From positions 1-35,634 of the forward strand of contig PRDI01000104.1 in assembly GCA_003345595.1 (NCBI GenBank): 35,634 nt of DNA. The letters run 5' to 3'. Below, piece by piece: positions 1-8,359 of this stretch (position 1 is the stretch's first letter; each line of letters opens with the position of its first letter). The translations under genes and the position numbers were made by a program. The DNA comes from Candidatus Thorarchaeota archaeon. Lineage in GTDB: Archaea > Asgardarchaeota > Thorarchaeia > Thorarchaeales > Thorarchaeaceae. A model generated the notes under the pieces. It ran no database searches and had not been told where the DNA came from. It worked only from the letters and a program-made list of their open reading frames with translations.

Positions 1-2
1 TG

Positions 3-2039
3 AACATTGGCCGTGCAGTAAGGGTACTCTACGTAACGGACGTCATCGCATCCATGACCACACTGCCAATTCTCATAGGGGATGTCTTGTATCTCTTTAT
101 GTTTGGGTTGCTTCTGCTTGCAGCTGCACTACTACGTTCCAGAGCACTGCCGTCCACGATGTATGACATTGGCGTGGTTCTTCTGGTCCTGTCCGCTCTG
201 GCAATCCATGGACTCATCTACTTCCTCATTGTACCAAATGAATCGCAGTTTCAGCTTCAAGTGATCGGCATGGTTCTAGGAGTCGCGTCTGCTGCGACAA
301 TCCTGTTGTCAGGCGCCATCTGGTCGCGGCAGCCGGCGCCAGAAAGAACGTATAATCTCGCACAGATGACTGTAGGCTTCACGTTGTTCGGTCTTTCCTG
401 GTTCCCCACAGTGATGACCATGTACTTCTCATCCATCATCTGGAGTATGTCGTTCATCCTGCGATCAGTGGGACTGTGCGTGCTAAACATAGCAGTCATG
501 GCGCCCTTTCTAATCAAAGTAGGAATGAAGCAACTGCGAGCATACGAGTTTGCGCTGATGGTTTCACTACTCGCACTGATTCCTGCGTTCATCACTGTCG
601 TGGCAGAGCGCTTCATGCTGGGCTTCTACTATGCTGGCAGGGACACGTACTATGTGACACACGTCGGCACAGCCATACTGTCAGCGGTCATGGCGTTCTT
701 GGTGATGGCCTATAACCAGCAAAGACGCGCCATGAACAGGTATCCCCTAATCTGGCTCTATCTAGGATGGTCGGTGATCCAAGTCTTCCTTGTCGTGAGT
801 GCAGCCCTGAGCCCGGAGCAACCCTTCCACGAGTCATTGATTCCATACATTATCGGAAGCCTCCTCTTCCTCGTCATGTTGCCTCTCGCTGTGAGGTGGA
901 CCAGGAGCCCACCGCGTCCTGTCACGATTCACATTCGGCTGCGATTGATTGTTCTCGGGATGCTCGCGGTCTTCTTGATCATTCTGCTTAGCACGGGTAT
1001 TCAGGACATTCTCGTGTCCATATTTCCAGCTCTCGATGAAAACCCTCTAGATCGCTCTTTCATGATCAGCGTTAACCTTCTAGTTATTTTCGCTCTAGTT
1101 TATCTGGCAATGGTGCTTGTCGAGAACTCGCGAGGACGTGTCTCTGTTGATGTCTTGTCGGTCGCAATCCTTTCGGTATGGATTGCGCAAATGATACTCA
1201 AGGGCAATTATACGGACTGGACTGCGGGTTGGTGGAGTGCAGAGATGCTCCTGCTTCTCGCGCTATTATTCGGGCCGGCGGTGCTAGTATTCATCTATGT
1301 CAAAGAGCTTGTGAGAGCTGAATCAGCTCAACGAAAAGCAACATTGTTCGCAGACCTGCTGGTTCACGACATCTCCAACTTCCATCAAGCGATACTCGTG
1401 TGCCTCAATCTCTTGGAGATGGAAGATCTGCCAAACGGGCTCAGAGAGCGGACTCTGCAGGATGCAAGTTCAGAGCTCATGAGGGCGGACCATCTGATAA
1501 GGAACGTCAGACGGTTGGGCATGGTGGACAGTGTCACCGAAGAATCCCTTGTCCCTGTCGACGTGGTTCAGACAGCTCAAGAAGCGTTCCAGACAGCAGC
1601 AAGAAGTGCCGCGGCTGACGGTTTCAGCTTCAGCATGAACAGAACAATCGGCGAGTGCTTCGTGGTCGCAAACGCTCTTCTCGCAGATGTGTTTCTGAAC
1701 CTCTTCCACAACTCGGTGGAGTACGCATCGGACGACAAGTCCATCGAGATAGCTATTAGTCCACTTGCAGAGAACGGTCGCGACTATTGGGAGATTCGAG
1801 TGACTGACCATAGTGCTGGAATCGAGCCTAGACGTAAGGCTAAGCTGTTCGAAAGATACATGGATGGTGCTCACGGCACAGGTCTCGGGCTATGGGTGGT
1901 CAAAGCCCTTGTCGACGCCTTCGGGGGCAAAGTGTCCGTCGAAGACCGGATCAAGGGGGACTATACAAAGGGCATAGTATTCGTTATTACCCTAGCTGCA
2001 GCCAAACGAGCTATCTCAGACTCCTCAAGCAATCTCTGA
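3..2039 (+). CDS. Multi-pass membrane sensor histidine kinase (probably 5'-truncated by the window edge)
   Basis: The frame is open from base 3 with no stop before ATG 54. There are about 12 hydrophobic segments, then H-box LLVHDISN, N-box VFLNLFHNSVEY, G1 DHSAGI and G2 GTGLGL. Confidence 0.92.
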   Translation, partial: NIGRAVRVLYVTDVIASMTTLPILIGDVLYLFMFGLLLLAAALLRSRALPSTMYDIGVVLLVLSALAIHGLIYFLIVPNESQFQLQVIGMVLGVASAATILLSGAIWSRQPAPERTYNLAQMTVGFTLFGLSWFPTVMTMYFSSIIWSMSFILRSVGLCVLNIAVMAPFLIKVGMKQLRAYEFALMVSLLALIPAFITVVAERFMLGFYYAGRDTYYVTHVGTAILSAVMAFLVMAYNQQRRAMNRYPLIWLYLGWSVIQVFLVVSAALSPEQPFHESLIPYIIGSLLFLVMLPLAVRWTRSPPRPVTIHIRLRLIVLGMLAVFLIILLSTGIQDILVSIFPALDENPLDRSFMISVNLLVIFALVYLAMVLVENSRGRVSVDVLSVAILSVWIAQMILKGNYTDWTAGWWSAEMLLLLALLFGPAVLVFIYVKELVRAESAQRKATLFADLLVHDISNFHQAILVCLNLLEMEDLPNGLRERTLQDASSELMRADHLIRNVRRLGMVDSVTEESLVPVDVVQTAQEAFQTAARSAAADGFSFSMNRTIGECFVVANALLADVFLNLFHNSVEYASDDKSIEIAISPLAENGRDYWEIRVTDHSAGIEPRRKAKLFERYMDGAHGTGLGLWVVKALVDAFGGKVSVEDRIKGDYTKGIVFVITLAAAKRAISDSSSNL

Positions 2040-2144
2040 ACTACAATTGTCTAGCGGAAACCCGGACGCCATGACTGACACTATTTGACAACCCTTATCC
2101 GGCTGCCCTTTCTGAAGACCACATTGGCTCGGGGTCTATAGACG

Positions 2145-3227
2145 TTGAACTACCATATAGTACTCACAAGGCAATGCAACCTCGACTGCGTTTACTGTCA
2201 TGGAGGAGAGGAGCATGGGCCTCGTGCAGAGGTCGGCTATTCGCTGGATGATCTGGCCGCGTTTTTAGATCGGGATCATGACACCCAGCTGATGTTCTAT
2301 GGAGGCGAGCCGACCCTACGTGTACCGCTGATGGAACAGATTATGGACCGGTTTCCCCAAGCTCGATTCATGCTTCAGACAAACGCCCTTCTCCTCAACA
2401 GGATTCCGGAAGAGTACGTAAAGCGGTTTCACTCAATACTGGTTTCGATAGACGGCCCGAGACAGACAACAGACACGTATAGATCGCGTGGAGTATATGA
2501 CCGTGTTGTGGACAATGTCGGCTGGCTGAGAGAAGTCCACTACTCGGGAGACGTAGTAGCCCGCATGGCGGTTTCAGAACAGAGCGATGTCTACCGAGAC
2601 GTACGTCATCTGCTTGACATGGAGAATCCGAAGTTCGACCATGTTCATTGGCAGCTCAATGTGGTATGGGACGCAGAGGGCAACTGGACGGACTTTGATG
2701 GCTGGGTCAGAGAGTCATACAACCCGGGCATAGCCAGACTCGTGAACGACTGGGTACGAGTGATGGAGGATGGAACCGTCGAAGGAATCGTACCATTCTT
2801 GCCAGTAGTGCACACTCTTCTGACTGGAAAGCCGTCACGGCTCAGGTGCGGGTCAGGAATTGACACGTTCGTGATTCATGTTGATGGCTCAGTTGGAGTA
2901 TGCCCGATATCACCTGATTGGCCATTCTCGATAGTCGGTGACATTTGGACAACAGAACCGAGGTTGCTTGCGGACGTCATGAGCGTGGATGAGCCGTGCC
3001 CATCATGCACGGACTTCCCCGTTTGTGGCGGGAGGTGTCTGTTCGCGAACAAAGAGAGGCTGTGGGGGGAACAGGGCTTCAAGAAAATCTGTGGCACTGT
3101 CAAGCATATGATTGGCTGCCTTCGTGTTGTGTTGCCTCGAATAAGGGAATTGCTTGAGAGCGAAGTAATATCCGTCGAAGACTTCGATTACCCGCAGTAT
3201 AACAACGGTTGCGAAATCATTCCCTAG
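2145..3227 (+). CDS. Radical SAM/SPASM domain protein (archaeal AF0577/TIGR04084-like)
   Basis: CNLDCVYC (CxxxCxxC), FYGGEP, SIDG, SPASM cysteines CGSG...CP...CPSC..FPVCGGRC and C-terminal GCEIIP; TTG start. Confidence 0.9.
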   Translation: MNYHIVLTRQCNLDCVYCHGGEEHGPRAEVGYSLDDLAAFLDRDHDTQLMFYGGEPTLRVPLMEQIMDRFPQARFMLQTNALLLNRIPEEYVKRFHSILVSIDGPRQTTDTYRSRGVYDRVVDNVGWLREVHYSGDVVARMAVSEQSDVYRDVRHLLDMENPKFDHVHWQLNVVWDAEGNWTDFDGWVRESYNPGIARLVNDWVRVMEDGTVEGIVPFLPVVHTLLTGKPSRLRCGSGIDTFVIHVDGSVGVCPISPDWPFSIVGDIWTTEPRLLADVMSVDEPCPSCTDFPVCGGRCLFANKERLWGEQGFKKICGTVKHMIGCLRVVLPRIRELLESEVISVEDFDYPQYNNGCEIIP

Positions 3228-3775
3228 AGGTCTTCCTCGTCCTCTGATTCTGGAACTTCGAACAGATCCTTCTGCAAGAGAATGATGTCCTCACCTGCAT
3301 GTCGGACCCGCTTCATCTGCTTGTAGCCAATGCCTTCATAGAACTTCGTCTGCGTGTCAGTCGTGCCTGACACTTCAAGCTGGACACACTTAGCCCCCAT
3401 ATGTGTCAAAAGGTTCTCGCCATACTCAACCAGAAAGGTGCCTATGCGACGGTTCCTGAACTTCTCTCGAACAGCGACTCGACTTATGGTTCCTACCTGA
3501 CCCTGTAGCTGAACTCTCATCGTACCCACGATGGCATCTCCAATGAGAGCCACATACACATTACCCATCTGAATATACCGCGATATCTTGTCCAGGCCCT
3601 CCTGAAGCACAGCAGGGTCTCCTCCCAGCTGTTTCTTCACGCCTCCGTAAGCTTCTTGTACTATGGATCTTACGATTGAGGTTTCGCCGAGATCTGCACG
3701 ACGAATCGATATTTCAGCATAATTGTACACAGCAGAAATCACCGCTAGTGTGACGTTGGAAAATAGATACCCCAA
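3224..3775 (-). CDS. GNAT family N-acetyltransferase with acidic tail (true start possibly GTG 3730)
   Basis: Motif A VAVREKFRNRRIGTFL and motif B KFYEGIGY; C-terminal EVPESEDEEDL. Confidence 0.88.
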   Translation of the reverse strand: MGYLFSNVTLAVISAVYNYAEISIRRADLGETSIVRSIVQEAYGGVKKQLGGDPAVLQEGLDKISRYIQMGNVYVALIGDAIVGTMRVQLQGQVGTISRVAVREKFRNRRIGTFLVEYGENLLTHMGAKCVQLEVSGTTDTQTKFYEGIGYKQMKRVRHAGEDIILLQKDLFEVPESEDEEDL

Positions 3776-3906
3776 TCAGACATAAAGTATTTGGACACAG
3801 GAACCTCGTACAGCCCATCTAGGCCTTGAGACTAGACAAGAATAGCGGTACGACATGAACAAATGTCGCCCGACGAGATTCGACTATGGACAGGGTTGAG
3901 GCGTGG

Positions 3907-4422
3907 ATGACGACAAGTGAAATCCTGATACGAACTAAGGAACGTTCCGACAGTCACTGGATATCCGAGCTTCTCAAGGCCAAGTGGGCATCCGTGCGGA
4001 TCGTTACGCGTGGCAGGATCCATGACGCCACGAAACTCGCCGCGTTCTTGGCGATCGTCAATGGCAGCAGAGCTGGTCTCATAACCTACAGGGTCGAGAG
4101 GAGAGAGTGCCAGATAGTGAGTCTGAATAGTCTCGTCGAAAACATGGGTGTGGGCAAAGCTCTTCTCACTATGCTGGAGCGTGATGCTTCCTCCCGGGGC
4201 TGCAAGAGGATATGGCTGGTAACAACGAACGACAATACTGACGCACTGCGTTTCTACCAGAAGAGAGGCTTCAGAATCGCAGCACTGTACCCGGGAACCA
4301 TTCGGGACTCGAGAAGACTCAAACCTGAGATACCAATGAAAGGACTCGACGATATCCCGATCCTTGATGAAATCGAACTGGAGAAGACCTTAGGAATCCA
4401 CCAAACAATTAGTCCTCAGTGA
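3907..4422 (+). CDS. GNAT family N-acetyltransferase
   Basis: ENMGVGKALL and LVTTNDNTDALRFYQKRGF. Start moved from 3886 to ATG 3907, which follows GAGGCGTGG. Confidence 0.9.
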   Translation: MTTSEILIRTKERSDSHWISELLKAKWASVRIVTRGRIHDATKLAAFLAIVNGSRAGLITYRVERRECQIVSLNSLVENMGVGKALLTMLERDASSRGCKRIWLVTTNDNTDALRFYQKRGFRIAALYPGTIRDSRRLKPEIPMKGLDDIPILDEIELEKTLGIHQTISPQ

Positions 4423-4443
4423 CACACGGCGACCAGCAGGTTA

Positions 4444-4486
4444 CTTTAATAAAGTCCATGCCCTCTTTTGGAGTTGTCTGGAGGAC
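4444..4486 (+). promoter_or_regulatory. Candidate TATA box and Shine-Dalgarno for the small ORF at 4492
   Basis: CTTTAATAAAG at 4444-4454; GGAGGA at 4480-4485, 6 nt before ATG 4492. Confidence 0.6.
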
Positions 4487-4491
4487 ACAGC

Positions 4492-4638
4492 ATGCCACGC
4501 AAGAAGAAGGATGAAATGTCCGAGTCCCAGAAACTCACCCCAAGAGACAAGAAGGAAATCGAAGAGGGTGCCTGTGTGAATTGTGCGGTGGCGACCTTCC
4601 TGTTCGTTGTTGTTGTGATGGCCGCGATGCTTCTCTGA
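4492..4638 (+). CDS. 48-aa small membrane protein with C-terminal transmembrane helix (not in ORF track)
   Basis: MPRKKKDEMSESQKLTPRDKKEIEEGACVNCAVATFLFVVVVMAAMLL*. It has a TATA and SD upstream, a charged N-terminus and a hydrophobic C-terminus. Confidence 0.75.
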   Translation: MPRKKKDEMSESQKLTPRDKKEIEEGACVNCAVATFLFVVVVMAAMLL

Positions 4639-4828
4639 ACAAGATAATATGTCGGAGGGCTACTGTTTTCGACATCCCCTGTGGAGGCGTCGAGTTCGGC
4701 TTCGTCTCGACGCTCTCCGAAGTCAGACGATGATTGTGATCCACAAGGACCCTGAAAAACGCCGCATAGAGTCCCAAGTCCTGGACCTCGGAGTTCGGCA
4801 GCCGTCCATGCGGCGACTAAGGCAGCTT

Positions 4829-6220
4829 CTACTTCTTCTTATCTTCGTCCTCTTCTTCCTCGCCAAGCCGCTTGCCAGGCTTGAGCCTTTTTGAGCTGTC
4901 GACAGAGAGTCTGCCCGGCGGAGGAGTAGACAGGTCATATCCTGGTTTGCCCTTCTTTATCCCCTCTGCCCTCTCGCTCGGCCACGCCTCACCGGGCGCT
5001 GGCACGTGTTCAGCTATGTCTTTGTCCAGCTTTCCTGGCTCCACAGGTACGCCAGACTCTTTGACTTTCTCCACAATTCTCTCAACTCTTTGCCTCCTCA
5101 GGTAGAACAATGAAGAGAAGATAGCTCCTAGCGGGAACGCAGTGAGCTTTGCTATATCCTTGAAGAGGTATGTCGCCGGAGCATTGGACACCCAATCGTT
5201 GTTGAACCATTGTCCAATGATAGAACCGGGTGTGGCCGAGATCACAATGATGCTGTCAACAAAGAAGAACCCGCTCGCCAAGAAGAATGTCAGAAGTGGA
5301 CCTAGGTCCCGGAGTCTGGAACGCGACTCCTCGACGGACTCGGTTACTGTTCGTCCAATACCACTCATTGCGTAGGCAAGGAAGAACAGAGTAATCGCGA
5401 TATCTGCAGCATTCATCTGCGGCGGTCCGGACCTCCGCATTACATTCACCAAGAAATAGCCCGCGTAGATTGAGATGAAAACAGTCAGTAATGCCACATT
5501 CAACGCCGCACCTCTTGCGGCATAGCGGAAGAATGTGAGTAATGACACCAAGGCAAACAACCCCATCATAAGGTACGCTACGATCAGACCTTGGAAGTTG
5601 CTCGCCAAGTTGGTCAAAGCGTTCGGGAAGATACCAACGATTGTCGTGCCAATCCCCAAGAAGTTATTTGGAATCAACCACAGTGCCGCCAGGGCTTCGC
5701 CTGCGATAAGTCCTATTCCAATCAGGAGAATGACGAAACTCCCAAGCCCGATGGCCACGCCACCTTTCTTGGGCTCGGCGATTGTTGCTATTCTCAGACT
5801 AGTCCTGGCAGAGAGATACGCCTGAAATGCTATCCAGCCCAGCCAACCGAAGACCGCGAAGAAGTACAATGCCGTACGGCCTAGACCTATTGATATGAAG
5901 ACCGCAATGGCAAAGGACACGGCCATCCAAGAGAGACCCTTCATTTCGGTGATCCGACCTCGGCCTCGGCTCGTTATCCACAGTCTGTCGAGCTTCAGAA
6001 GTGCAAGCAGAGTTCCCACGCCAAAGTAGATCGCACCAGTTGCACCTACGTAGACGAAGAAGTTCACGAGTGGTTCCTCAAGTGGAGTACCGACAGAATT
6101 GGTGATTATGTATGAAACAAAAAGCGCTAGGAATGTCGTTGCCACAAACACAGTTAGGTATGCGACATATCTCCGGGTTTTGAAGAAGACTTTCAGACCA
6201 TCGAACAGTGGAATTGGCAC
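4829..6220 (-). CDS. Polytopic membrane protein of unknown function with a charged, Pro-rich C-terminal tail
   Basis: 463-aa ORF with about 10 hydrophobic segments; GGAGG SD before the GTG start. Confidence 0.85.
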   Translation of the reverse strand: MPIPLFDGLKVFFKTRRYVAYLTVFVATTFLALFVSYIITNSVGTPLEEPLVNFFVYVGATGAIYFGVGTLLALLKLDRLWITSRGRGRITEMKGLSWMAVSFAIAVFISIGLGRTALYFFAVFGWLGWIAFQAYLSARTSLRIATIAEPKKGGVAIGLGSFVILLIGIGLIAGEALAALWLIPNNFLGIGTTIVGIFPNALTNLASNFQGLIVAYLMMGLFALVSLLTFFRYAARGAALNVALLTVFISIYAGYFLVNVMRRSGPPQMNAADIAITLFFLAYAMSGIGRTVTESVEESRSRLRDLGPLLTFFLASGFFFVDSIIVISATPGSIIGQWFNNDWVSNAPATYLFKDIAKLTAFPLGAIFSSLFYLRRQRVERIVEKVKESGVPVEPGKLDKDIAEHVPAPGEAWPSERAEGIKKGKPGYDLSTPPPGRLSVDSSKRLKPGKRLGEEEEDEDKKK

Positions 6221-6227
6221 TTAGGCA

Positions 6228-6272
6228 GCCTCCAATGGTTTGAGCATAACACATCAGGTAAAAACCTTTTAG
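6228..6272 (-). promoter_or_regulatory. BRE/TATA promoter and SD of the 4829..6220 gene
   Basis: The minus strand reads CCTAAAAGGTTTTTACCTG (purine-rich BRE followed by TTTTTA), then GGAGG 7 nt before the GTG. Confidence 0.6.
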
Positions 6273-6399
6273 GCGGTCAGCGGCAGTCCCGATAATTCCG
6301 AAGAGAGATTCTGATTCCCTGTGGGAATGGTTTGTAGCAGCAGTTGACCAACTCATATGCCACTGGCTCAACCGAATGGGCCCTGATTCAGCCCTTCGA

Positions 6400-7263
6400 T
6401 CATACCTCGTCGAACTCGTCTGCCTTTAGTGTCAGTCTACGGGGGTTAGCCAACAGACTGAGCTCGTACCTATGCTGAGTCGGATGGGATTTCCCTCCAG
6501 CCCACGCCTTCAGTCCTTTGTCCAGTCTTTCTCTTATTTCATGTCTGTATTTGAGGGCTATGGCAAAACACTGCAAGACCCTGCAGAACCATTCATTCTC
6601 CGCTAATACTTCATCATTGACCGTTACGGTGAAGTCGCCTCCTATGTCGCCGAACTTGCTGTCTACTTTGGCGACAGGAGTATCATAGGCTAGCATGCGC
6701 ACAGTGAAGTCGTCTCCCACGGAAACACGCGCTCCTTCTATCCTGAAAACCTCGAAGTTGCCTTGGGGGCCAACGATGTAAAATGAGTAGCTCTCAGTGG
6801 CAAGGGCGCTACGTTTCGCTTGCCGGATGTAAGTGACCACATCGCTCTCTTTTGTCAGGACAGAGAACACCAAATAGGGAGCCTCGGAGGCAAAGCTAAG
6901 AGCGCACTCTTCGGCGACCATCTCTTCGAGTGACGCTATCCAGTTTCCATTGTTGGAGAATAGCTTGCATACCAACCGTCGCGACATCTCGTTTTTCTCG
7001 TCGCGCCACTGACCATTACGGATTGTTATGAACCCAATCTTCTCTCTGGGCGGGAGCTCTTTGGTCCCTTTCTTGAGCTTCGACTCGTCAATCTTGCCGA
7101 TTATGTCCGAGTCTTGCGTGAACTGGCGGCTCTTCGAACGCCAGTCCTCGTCCTTCTTGATGCCTACCTTGTCTGCGTGTATCCCTGTTGCGTAGAGATC
7201 CTGTGAGAGCAACCTGTATACGATGTTTCCACCGCGTTTCAATTCCTTGCCCGACATAGCCAA
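6400..7263 (-). CDS. Hypothetical protein with probable LURP-one/tubby-C/scramblase-like beta-barrel
   Basis: FRIEG...DDFTV...VAKVDSKFGDIGGDFTVTV followed by a hydrophobic helix (VLQCFAIAL) resembles the LURP-one-related pattern. Confidence 0.6.
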   Translation of the reverse strand: MAMSGKELKRGGNIVYRLLSQDLYATGIHADKVGIKKDEDWRSKSRQFTQDSDIIGKIDESKLKKGTKELPPREKIGFITIRNGQWRDEKNEMSRRLVCKLFSNNGNWIASLEEMVAEECALSFASEAPYLVFSVLTKESDVVTYIRQAKRSALATESYSFYIVGPQGNFEVFRIEGARVSVGDDFTVRMLAYDTPVAKVDSKFGDIGGDFTVTVNDEVLAENEWFCRVLQCFAIALKYRHEIRERLDKGLKAWAGGKSHPTQHRYELSLLANPRRLTLKADEFDEV

Positions 7264-7345
7264 GCCTCGCCTTGCGTTGACGCCATATTGAGCAATTCCT
7301 CTTTATGATTCTATTGATGGCAGACGCAAAGCCAGTACAAGACAC

Positions 7346-7623
7346 CGGTGGCTATCCAGGATTCCTGGTGTACCGCTGAACACAAGGATGTTCATTTCGA
7401 GGAGAGCTGACACCTACGTGTCGCTCGGTAGAATACGAGCGACGCAAGCAACACTGACTATTCAAGGTCAGGAAGGAGGAGCCTGACTGGTCAGTGTGGG
7501 GAGCTGCTACCGCTGGAGTAGCGGCTTCCCAGCAGGTCGCCCACGGAGTAGAGAGCTGATCCTATTTTTAGTCGTGCAATGGGTACGTAAGCACCCTCTC
7601 GCTCGGGTATCCACCTCATGCCC
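7346..7623 (+). ncRNA. Putative structured non-coding RNA of unknown family (boundaries approximate)
   Basis: Six hairpins and a long-range closing stem lie in a 437-nt intergenic gap. All non-canonical pairs in the main stems are G-U on the + strand. Confidence 0.55.
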
Positions 7624-7700
7624 AAGGAAGGACCAAGATGGATAGAACATCAGAACCGAGATTCTATTCAGAAGACACCTATTCTGCCATGGAGTAGCTA

Positions 7701-8159
7701 TCAAAGATCCAACACTGCTGACGACTCGAAGTCTGAAACAACGACCATCTTGTCTACTCGGACCTTCATCACTGCACAGTCACTGGAATTGATGAACCCC
7801 CTGAGTCCGGGGTGCTTTCTCAAGAGAAGGCTCGCGCAACGGCGCTTTTCCTCGCCCACAGTCTCATCAGCAATGCCAATGACTGCTACCGTGGTTGCTC
7901 TCCTTATGTCTTCGCGCACATTCTTACGGGTGTCAACCAGAAGCGACACTCGTGGATTCGACGCCATGTTGCGATATTTCGTTCTGTTGCGCATTGTAGC
8001 AAAGATGAGACCCTTTAGGTCATCAGTCATCGCATAGCTCACCAAGCAGCAATACGGGTCGTCATCCTTCGAGGTAGCCAGAACAGCAGAGAGCTGAGAG
8101 CTTAGTACACGTCTGACCTTGCGCCGAACTTGGTTTTCTTCCATATGCCCCGCCGCCAT
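7701..8159 (-). CDS. Pyridoxamine 5'-phosphate oxidase-like (FMN-binding split barrel) protein
   Basis: AVLATS...PYCCLV...FATMRNRTKYRNMASNPRVSLLVD; start may be ATG 8144. Confidence 0.9.
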   Translation of the reverse strand: MAAGHMEENQVRRKVRRVLSSQLSAVLATSKDDDPYCCLVSYAMTDDLKGLIFATMRNRTKYRNMASNPRVSLLVDTRKNVREDIRRATTVAVIGIADETVGEEKRRCASLLLRKHPGLRGFINSSDCAVMKVRVDKMVVVSDFESSAVLDL

Positions 8160-8359
8160 TGCCGCTCAGGATGTTCCTGTCTGCCACGCCGCCGTGAATG
8201 AATCTTGCTGTCGACCCACGAAGATGGCTGAAACCCCCAAGGGAGACGCCTGTAGTCCAGCCGCAGAAGGACACATTTATCGGGTGCGCGATGTTACACA
8301 GAGGCCAGTTGGGCACTGGGTCCTGAGTTTCTAGAAGCAGCAGGGAGCACACTTGTGTC

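Noticed and set aside
4636-4755. Selenocysteine readthrough of the 48-aa ORF's TGA with a downstream SECIS
   Set aside because: The extension is low-complexity with no redox-motif context, and the ATGA...GA hairpin lacks a proper tandem G-A core and helix length.
4535-4938. ORFs 4535..4777, 4649..4894 and 4723..4938
   Set aside because: Atypical composition, and they overlap better-supported genes and hairpins.
7346-7623. Identification of the structured element as SRP RNA, RNase P RNA, tRNA or a TPP riboswitch
   Set aside because: There is only a loose resemblance to SRP helix 8 (CAAGGTCAGGAAGG); I found no RNase P GAGGAAAGUCC, no T-loop GTTCGAA cloverleaf and no TPP consensus.
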